Positions 57,874 through 64,000 of a DNA stretch of 64,000 nucleotides are shown piece by piece (position 1 is the first letter of the stretch; each line of letters starts with the position of its first letter). The notes beneath the pieces are model-generated. The model made no database searches, was not told the DNA's origin, and worked only from the letters and a program-made list of their open reading frames with translations. The DNA is from an uncultured Candidatus Saccharibacteria bacterium. GTDB taxonomy: Bacteria > Patescibacteriota > Minisyncoccia > UBA6257 > JAUSGH01. The stretch is taken from assembly GCA_964360025.1 (NCBI GenBank), contig CAYHUD010000001.1, positions 3,922-67,921 of the forward strand, written 5' to 3'. A program made the position numbers and the translations under genes.

Positions 57874-59589
57874 ATGGAAAAAGAACTGGAAAATTTAATA
57901 GCGCCTCCGGCCGTAGAAATCAATTCTGACTATTTGAAAGTCGGTAATAAATTTACGCGTTCTTTATTCCTTTTCACCTATCCGCGCTATCTTTCAACCG
58001 GCTGGTTTTCTCCCGTGATCAATATGCCCGAGCTTTTGGATATCTCCATCTTTATCCACCCCGTTGATACCGCTCTGGCGCTTAAGAATTTGAGAAAGAA
58101 GGTAACGCAACTGCAGTCGCAGATCAATGAATCCGCTGAAAAGGGTCTGGTCCGGAATCCCGTTTTAGAAACCGCCTTTCAGGACATTGAAAAACTCCGC
58201 GATGATCTCCAAAGATCGCAGGAAAACCTTTTCAATGTTGGTGTCTACATGACCCTTTACGCCGACTCCGTGGACGAACTGAATAAACTTGCCTCCAAGA
58301 TTACAAACTTTCTTGAAGGACGCCTTGTCTATACGAAACCGGCGGCTTTCCAACAGGTAGAGGGTTGGTCTTCCACGCTCCCTATCGGTACGGACAAGCT
58401 TACCATCCAGACTCCGCTCAATACTTCCCCCATCTCCTCGTTTTTCCCGTTCATTTCAGCAAATCTTACCTCGGAAGAAGGTATTCTATACGGCATCAAT
58501 ACGGCTAATAACACCTTAATCATTTTTGACCGCTTCTCGCTGGAGAATGCCAATATGGTCGTTTTCGCTAAATCCGGCGCGGGAAAATCATATTTTACCA
58601 AGCTGGAGGCCCTGCGACTTTTAATGTTGGGGACTGATGTGATGATTATTGACCCGGAAAACGAATATGAGAATCTTGCGAATACTGTGGGCGGCAGTTT
58701 CTTTAAGATCTCTCTGGCATCAGAGCATCGCATCAACCCGATGGATATTCCGGTTATTCCCCAAGACGAAGACCCGTCTGATGCCTTAAAATCGCATTTC
58801 GCTAATCTTTCCGGACTGCTGAAGCTGATGATGGGCGGATCTGACCCGCAGAAAGGCGGGATCACACCGGAAGAAGACGCTATTCTAGACCGAGCCATCT
58901 CGGAAACATACGCCGCGCGCGACATTTTGCCCGGCAAAGACTTCTCGGGCATAGAAGCGCCTCTACTTGAAGATTTGGAAGTGGTTCTGCGGGGGATTGA
59001 AGGGGGAACAGGACTTGCGGAACGGCTCTACAAATTTACTAAAGGCAACTATTCCGGTTTTACCAACCAGAAGACAAACGTAGATGTTAAAAATCGTCTT
59101 TTGGTTTTCTCTATCCGCGATCTGGAAGAAGAACTGCGCCCGATAGCCATTTATATAATTTTAAACTTCATCTGGAACATTATCAGGGCGGAGTTAAAAC
59201 GGCGCGTCGTGATGATTGACGAGGCCTGGTGGATGATGAAAAATCCCGACAGCGCCCTTTTCCTTTTCGGACTTGTCAAACGCGCCCGCAAATACTATCT
59301 GGGAGTTACAACCATCACACAGGACGTAGAGGACTTCCTGCTCTCGCCCTACGGACGACCGATTATTACCAATTCGTCCCTGCAACTACTCCTAAAACAA
59401 GCTCCGGCAATGATTGACCTCATCACCAAAACCTTTAACCTCTCCGAAGGCGAGAAAAATTATCTTCTGGAGGTTCCTGTGGGGCAAGGACTTTTCATTG
59501 CCGGCCTCCAACATGCCGCTATTCAAATAGTAGCTTCATATCTTGAGGATCAGATTGTGACCACGAAGCCGCAGGAGATAGCAGGATAG
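57874..59589 (+). CDS. virB4: VirB4/TraE-like ATPase
   Basis: LYGIN, FDRF, AKSGAGKS Walker A, IDPENEY, IDEAW, RARKY, TQ. Confidence 0.92.
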   Translation: MEKELENLIAPPAVEINSDYLKVGNKFTRSLFLFTYPRYLSTGWFSPVINMPELLDISIFIHPVDTALALKNLRKKVTQLQSQINESAEKGLVRNPVLETAFQDIEKLRDDLQRSQENLFNVGVYMTLYADSVDELNKLASKITNFLEGRLVYTKPAAFQQVEGWSSTLPIGTDKLTIQTPLNTSPISSFFPFISANLTSEEGILYGINTANNTLIIFDRFSLENANMVVFAKSGAGKSYFTKLEALRLLMLGTDVMIIDPENEYENLANTVGGSFFKISLASEHRINPMDIPVIPQDEDPSDALKSHFANLSGLLKLMMGGSDPQKGGITPEEDAILDRAISETYAARDILPGKDFSGIEAPLLEDLEVVLRGIEGGTGLAERLYKFTKGNYSGFTNQKTNVDVKNRLLVFSIRDLEEELRPIAIYIILNFIWNIIRAELKRRVVMIDEAWWMMKNPDSALFLFGLVKRARKYYLGVTTITQDVEDFLLSPYGRPIITNSSLQLLLKQAPAMIDLITKTFNLSEGEKNYLLEVPVGQGLFIAGLQHAAIQIVASYLEDQIVTTKPQEIAG

Positions 59590-59618
59590 GGTTTAGAAGA
59601 TAGGTTATCATCTTATTT

Positions 59619-60026
59619 ATGGAAAATGGGCCGAAAATTACTGGCGTAGAGGCGTTTCTGCTCCTCGTTTTTGTGGGTTTTTTGGATTTAATAGGAGTTT
59701 TGTTATTGCTTATAGGTCTGGACGACTTCTTTCTTCTGGATTCCGGAACAGCCGCGACTCAGTTTTATCTCCGCCGCAAGGGGGTAAAAGCGACCTATGA
59801 CCTCGCCATGGGGCTCGTAGAAATGATTCCCTATGTCGGCGCGCTTCCGCTTAAAACTATTGGTGTTATTATGGTTATATGGGCCGATTGGCGGGGGAGT
59901 GAATCGCGGGCTGAATCAGCCGCGGAAGAACTGCAATACATAACGAAGCCGGAGACGGCACTGACATCGTTTGAATATACGCCACGTGGGTCCGGGAAGA
60001 TTGATAACAGCAAAAAAGCGGCTTAA
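59619..60026 (+). CDS. Small membrane protein
   Basis: Hydrophobic; E.IP....LP..T motif. Confidence 0.7.
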   Translation: MENGPKITGVEAFLLLVFVGFLDLIGVLLLLIGLDDFFLLDSGTAATQFYLRRKGVKATYDLAMGLVEMIPYVGALPLKTIGVIMVIWADWRGSESRAESAAEELQYITKPETALTSFEYTPRGSGKIDNSKKAA

Positions 60027-60031
60027 GCTAT

Positions 60032-60715
60032 ATGAAAAATTATTTTTTAAAATTAAGTTTGTTTATAACGCTTTTTTCGCTTTTGACAACCGTCGTCGTC
60101 CACGCCCAGGCAAACGGGGCCAAATTCTTTGTTTCCTGGCGTTCAGAAAACTATGTTCCCGGATGGTATGCCGGGAAAATACTGCCATCTCCGGGCAGTT
60201 CGGTGATAATCGGTTTTGAATTGATTGAGGGGGACAAGGCGGTAAATATCACACAAAACGAGATACGATGGTTCGCAAACGATGTCCTATTCCAGAAAGG
60301 GTTCGGTCTAAAAACAGTGAAATACGCCATCCCCACCACGCGCACATCTAACTCCCAAAAGATAAAGATAGTCGTCGGCGGCTATAAGGGCGCTGATATT
60401 TCCAAATTTATTGATATTCCGGTTGCCAGTGCGGAGGTAGTCGTGCCGGTTCCCTATGTGGGCGGCGCCCTCTCTCCCGGAAAACACACCCTGAGTTCAC
60501 TGCTCTACTTCTGGAATATAAGGGAGTTATTCGCAACTTTGCTAGAATGGTCTTATAACGGCACAGAAATCTCTTCCGCGGGAAATAATAATTCTCTGGA
60601 AATAGAAGTTCCTGCCACGGCGAGCGGTGGCACCCTGCGATTAAGCGTCCAAGCGACAAAAATAGGGGACGAAGCAACTTTTGCCAAAAATAACGCGGTG
60701 TTATTGATTAAATAA
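60032..60715 (+). CDS. Secreted Ig-like beta protein
   Basis: Signal peptide; W....YVP..Y.GK.LP. Confidence 0.75.
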   Translation: MKNYFLKLSLFITLFSLLTTVVVHAQANGAKFFVSWRSENYVPGWYAGKILPSPGSSVIIGFELIEGDKAVNITQNEIRWFANDVLFQKGFGLKTVKYAIPTTRTSNSQKIKIVVGGYKGADISKFIDIPVASAEVVVPVPYVGGALSPGKHTLSSLLYFWNIRELFATLLEWSYNGTEISSAGNNNSLEIEVPATASGGTLRLSVQATKIGDEATFAKNNAVLLIK

Positions 60716-60717
60716 TT

Positions 60718-61341
60718 ATGCAGAATTTATTTTCTAACATACTACCTATAGCGCGCGCTCAAGTCTCTACCGAGCTGGTCCGGGGGGTAAATACTTTTTA
60801 TGAATGGAGTATTATGATCGCGGGAATCCTCGCCTTCGGGCTAATTGTCGTCGGCGGAATACAATATATCGTAAGCGCCGGTAATCCCGGATCGCAATCT
60901 GATGCCAAAGACCGCATTATCCAAGCTGTTACCGGCCTCGTCCTGCTCCTATCCGGAGTTTTTATACTTTCCACGGTTAACCCGCGGCTGACTAATATTC
61001 CCACCATCAGTTCATCTCCGCAACAAGAACCCCAAAAAATATTAAACCCTCTGGATGCTAATCAAGAAGAAAGGGAGGCGTTTTATAGAGAAAAAATTAA
61101 AAACAATGAGACCTACAGAGCCAGTTTAAGATTTACCATCAAAGATAAAATCATGAAGCTTGCGCCAAGCGAGAAAACCGCCGTTTTAAACGCCTATCAG
61201 ACGCTTGTGGAGGATGCAATCAGCGATACACAGATAAAATCTTTTTTAATGAGATCTCCTCTTAATTTCAGAGAGGATGAGGTGGTTTATTTTATGGGTT
61301 TATCGTCTAAAGAAAGATTTGAATTATTACAAGGAAAATGA
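60718..61341 (+). CDS. VirB2/TrbC-like pilin with C-terminal extension
   Basis: I..GG.QY..SAGNP.....AK..I..A..GL...L......L..VNP. Confidence 0.8.
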   Translation: MQNLFSNILPIARAQVSTELVRGVNTFYEWSIMIAGILAFGLIVVGGIQYIVSAGNPGSQSDAKDRIIQAVTGLVLLLSGVFILSTVNPRLTNIPTISSSPQQEPQKILNPLDANQEEREAFYREKIKNNETYRASLRFTIKDKIMKLAPSEKTAVLNAYQTLVEDAISDTQIKSFLMRSPLNFREDEVVYFMGLSSKERFELLQGK

Positions 61342-62441
61342 AAAGTATCTTGAAAATTTTAGGCGTCCTATCGGTCTTAGCTATTATAGGCGCGAGCGGT
61401 TATTTTATCTACAAGGCATTTTTTACAGCTCCGGCGACTACTACCATAGCAAAACCCGAAACCATAGACCAAAAAAAAGCTGAGTTGGGGGTTAGATCGC
61501 CCGATCTAAACGTCTTCAGTAAAAACAAAGCCCTATCCTACTGGATTGACGAAAAGACGGGCGCCATTTACTACGCCGATCCTACGGGAACAATCTTTAA
61601 ACTATTCGGCGCCGAAAGAGAAGAGGAGATTAGCACGCAAAGCCTGCCCGACTTCCACTCCCTGACACCTTCGCCTGACGGCACTAAGGCGCTTGCCGAA
61701 TTTGGTTATCCTTTTGAACCGGTTTTTGCCGTATTTAACACTGAAAATAATAGCTGGGAAAGATTGCCGCAGGGGACGATTGCTGCCGATTTTGACCCAA
61801 CATCAAAACAAATAGCTTTTGTCACGAACGGAACGTCAGGATCACTCAAAATATTAAACCTTGCTGATAAAAAATCAGTAACTATCACCGCCGTCCCCGC
61901 GGGAGATCTGATTCTATCTTGGATAAAGAGCGATAAAATATACCTGCAGTCAAAACCGACATCTGCCTCCTCTCTAGAGACGTGGTCCGCTGACCCTGTC
62001 AAAAAAACTTTAAAGAAATTGGATATTTTGGGGTCTGCTTTGGATACGATTATGCTTAGGTGGTTCAAAAAATCGGGATTAGGATTAAGATTAAGCGCGC
62101 CTACGGTCAACACAACCAATCTTTCCCTGGTTCATGTGGCTGGAGCAGAGCTCTTAGGCCTCCCATTTAAAACACTCCCCGATAAATGCGCTTTCGCCAA
62201 TGCTGATCTGCTTTATTGCGCCGTTCCCAACAATCTCCCTGCGCGCGCCAACCTGCCCGACGATTATTTCCAGAAAAAGATTTTTACCACCGACTCCATA
62301 ATTTCATATAATTTGGAGACTCTGGAAGAAAGGGTGTTGTTTAGCGGAGAAGTGGACGCCACAGAGCTTAATATTCTCGGCAATCAGTTATTTTTCATCA
62401 ATAGATATGATGAAAAAATATATTCGCTAAAAATAAATTAG
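61338..62441 (+). CDS. Membrane-anchored beta-propeller protein
   Basis: N-terminal TM, SPDG repeats, TL.DKC, YCAVP, LPDD. Confidence 0.75.
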   Translation: MKSILKILGVLSVLAIIGASGYFIYKAFFTAPATTTIAKPETIDQKKAELGVRSPDLNVFSKNKALSYWIDEKTGAIYYADPTGTIFKLFGAEREEEISTQSLPDFHSLTPSPDGTKALAEFGYPFEPVFAVFNTENNSWERLPQGTIAADFDPTSKQIAFVTNGTSGSLKILNLADKKSVTITAVPAGDLILSWIKSDKIYLQSKPTSASSLETWSADPVKKTLKKLDILGSALDTIMLRWFKKSGLGLRLSAPTVNTTNLSLVHVAGAELLGLPFKTLPDKCAFANADLLYCAVPNNLPARANLPDDYFQKKIFTTDSIISYNLETLEERVLFSGEVDATELNILGNQLFFINRYDEKIYSLKIN

Positions 62442-62454
62442 TGAGATGGGGATA

Positions 62455-62491
62455 AAAAAATCACTCCGATGACTGTCGGAGTGGTTTTTTT
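62455..62491. terminator. Bidirectional intrinsic terminator
   Basis: A-tract, CACTCCGA..TCGGAGTG stem, T-tract between convergent genes. Confidence 0.8.
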
Positions 62492-62495
62492 ATGT

Positions 62496-62975
62496 TTAAA
62501 TGGGCTTTACGATGACGTAACGCGTGGGTCCTGATCCAACACTCTCCGTCTTAACATCGGGCCGCGTAGAGAGTTCTGTGTGCACCAAACGCCTTTCATA
62601 AGCATTCATCGCCGGCAAAGACACCTCTGCTTTACTTAAAAGCGCTTTTTTAGCGGCGGCTTTGGCGATTTCCACAATAAGGCGCTCTCTTTCTTTCCGA
62701 TAATTGTTAACATCAACAAAAATGTATTCGGCGCCCTCTTTTCTGGACGATAAGCGTAAAATTACCTCTAGATCAGAAACGATTTTGGGCACCCAGGGCT
62801 TAATCCATTCGTCTTCGTTGATGAAAATCCTAATCCGACGGCCTTCGGGCTCGGCCTCAACACTCACGTCGGAAAAACCCATCAATTCCAGCATTTTTTT
62901 AGTTGTTTCAATGATTTTCTCCATCCCGTTAGAGATGTCTGCCGCATTAATAGTTTGCTTTGCTATGTTTTCCAT
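62496..62975 (-). CDS. jag: Jag/EloR-like R3H-domain RNA-binding protein
   Basis: VDVNNYRKER, L.AMNAYERR.VH, TES.G.G..R; ancestral start probably 62924. Confidence 0.9.
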   Translation of the reverse strand: MENIAKQTINAADISNGMEKIIETTKKMLELMGFSDVSVEAEPEGRRIRIFINEDEWIKPWVPKIVSDLEVILRLSSRKEGAEYIFVDVNNYRKERERLIVEIAKAAAKKALLSKAEVSLPAMNAYERRLVHTELSTRPDVKTESVGSGPTRYVIVKPI

Positions 62976-63024
62976 ATTTTTAATATTTAGAATTTGTTTG
63001 ATAGATATCTCTAACGGGATCCAT
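62920..63024. mobile_element. Family C element at the yidC-jag junction with TCCAT direct repeats
   Basis: TCCAT|CCCGTTAGAGATGTCT...AGATATCTCTAACGGGA|TCCAT. Confidence 0.75.
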
Positions 63025-63718
63025 TAGTGTTGGGTAAATTTAACTGCTTATTAATAATCCTCTGCTGTAATACGGAAAACGCAGACGATGTCATCCAATA
63101 AACACCTACCGCCGCCGGCAAACTCCATAAAATAACCAGGGTAAGGACGGGGCCGATATAAGACATCTTCTTTGCGATACGGGACTGATCTGTCTCCTCG
63201 CCGGGAAGCGTATGCGGAAGACTTAAGACGCTTTGATAGTACTGAAAAAGGGCTGCTAAAACCACAATCACTATACTCTTTTCCTGGAGATCAATCAAGC
63301 CCAGGGAGATTGTATTTAAATGTCCCGGATTGGAGATAAATGAATAAAGAACGTCCAGAGTGCCATCCGTAAATCCGCTCATAAATACTTTATAGAGGGC
63401 GATAAGTATCGGCAATTGGACCAGAATCAATAAAAATCCGGAAAACGGATTAACTTTATGGTTTTTATAGAGCTCCATCAAAGCGTGGGCCTGTTTTTCT
63501 TTGTCATCTTTATGAACATGTTGGATTCTTGCCACCTCCGGCTGTATTTTTTGCATAATGGTCTGCTGTTTGAAGCTTTTATAGAAAAGCGGGTAAAAAA
63601 TCAGACGAATAACTATGGTCAATAAAACAATGGCGATGCCGAGGTCGCTAAAAGTAACCGTGTTATATAAAGAGATAAGGATATTGAATAAGGGAATATA
63701 AAGCAGTGTTTGGAACAT
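63011..63718 (-). CDS. yidC: Membrane protein insertase YidC
   Basis: G.AIV.LT..IR...YP, QP, LY....NP.SG.L..L.Q.PI, GVYW..S..F...QQ. Confidence 0.95.
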   Translation of the reverse strand: MFQTLLYIPLFNILISLYNTVTFSDLGIAIVLLTIVIRLIFYPLFYKSFKQQTIMQKIQPEVARIQHVHKDDKEKQAHALMELYKNHKVNPFSGFLLILVQLPILIALYKVFMSGFTDGTLDVLYSFISNPGHLNTISLGLIDLQEKSIVIVVLAALFQYYQSVLSLPHTLPGEETDQSRIAKKMSYIGPVLTLVILWSLPAAVGVYWMTSSAFSVLQQRIINKQLNLPNTNGSR

Positions 63719-63727
63719 AAATGGGGT

Positions 63728-64000
63728 TTAAGGTTTGGGGTTTAAAAAGGTAATTTCAAGCTCGCGCAGTAACTGCTCCTTGTCGATTTTGGCAGCAGCG
63801 GGATAAACAATAAAAATATAATCATAAAGGGGTATTTCCGTCAGTTTTGCGCTTAAAAATCCAAAAATGATCCTTTTTATGTGATTTCTGACCACAGAAC
63901 GCTTATCTACTTTTGTAGATACTATAACACTAAAACGAGGATTGGTCCCTGTGGATGTGAAAATTTTCAAGGAAAAATAAGCGTTTTTAACGTTTTTAAC
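63728..64000 (-). CDS. rnpA: RNase P protein component (5' end beyond window)
   Basis: RFSVIVS.KV.K.SV.RN..KR motif; synteny with yidC-jag. Confidence 0.88.
   Translation of the reverse strand, partial: VKNVKNAYFSLKIFTSTGTNPRFSVIVSTKVDKRSVVRNHIKRIIFGFLSAKLTEIPLYDYIFIVYPAAAKIDKEQLLRELEITFLNPKP

Overview
This window looks like chromosomal DNA from a Candidate Phyla Radiation (Patescibacteria, Parcubacteria-like) bacterium. This is inferred from the gene set, the short ValRS, the SD-less housekeeping genes and the tRNA anticodons. Housekeeping genes include a Xer-type recombinase, ftsH, yraN, nusA, hppA, tig, clpP, tyrS, pyrE, rbfA, infB, ddl, a P-type ATPase, prsW, valS, tsaD, recG, pcrA, rsmA, jag, yidC and rnpA. 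There are 11 tRNAs, many stand-alone orphan genes with their own promoter, SD and terminator, a Translin/Trax-like gene, and a relaxase-less VirB4/PrgI/VirB6/pilin (T4SS-like) cluster. The most striking non-genic signal is several families of short palindromic or repeat elements. (i) A 34-46 bp near-perfect palindrome (TGTCCACTATCTCGTCCCATGGGACGAGATAGTGGACA) brackets a solo wHTH-Cas2-like gene and has dispersed copies with compensatory changes. (ii) GTCATCCTGAG/CTCAGAATGAC hairpins are arrayed around a GIY-YIG nuclease. (iii) CCCGTTAG..CTAACGGG elements carry 5-bp flanking direct repeats. (iv) Heptamer tracts also occur. Several of these sit in-frame inside conserved genes (valS, tsaD, rsmA, pcrA). 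A rod-shaped, 6S-like RNA candidate lies at about 43.02-43.18 kb. All calls come from reading the sequence and motif recall; no searches were run.
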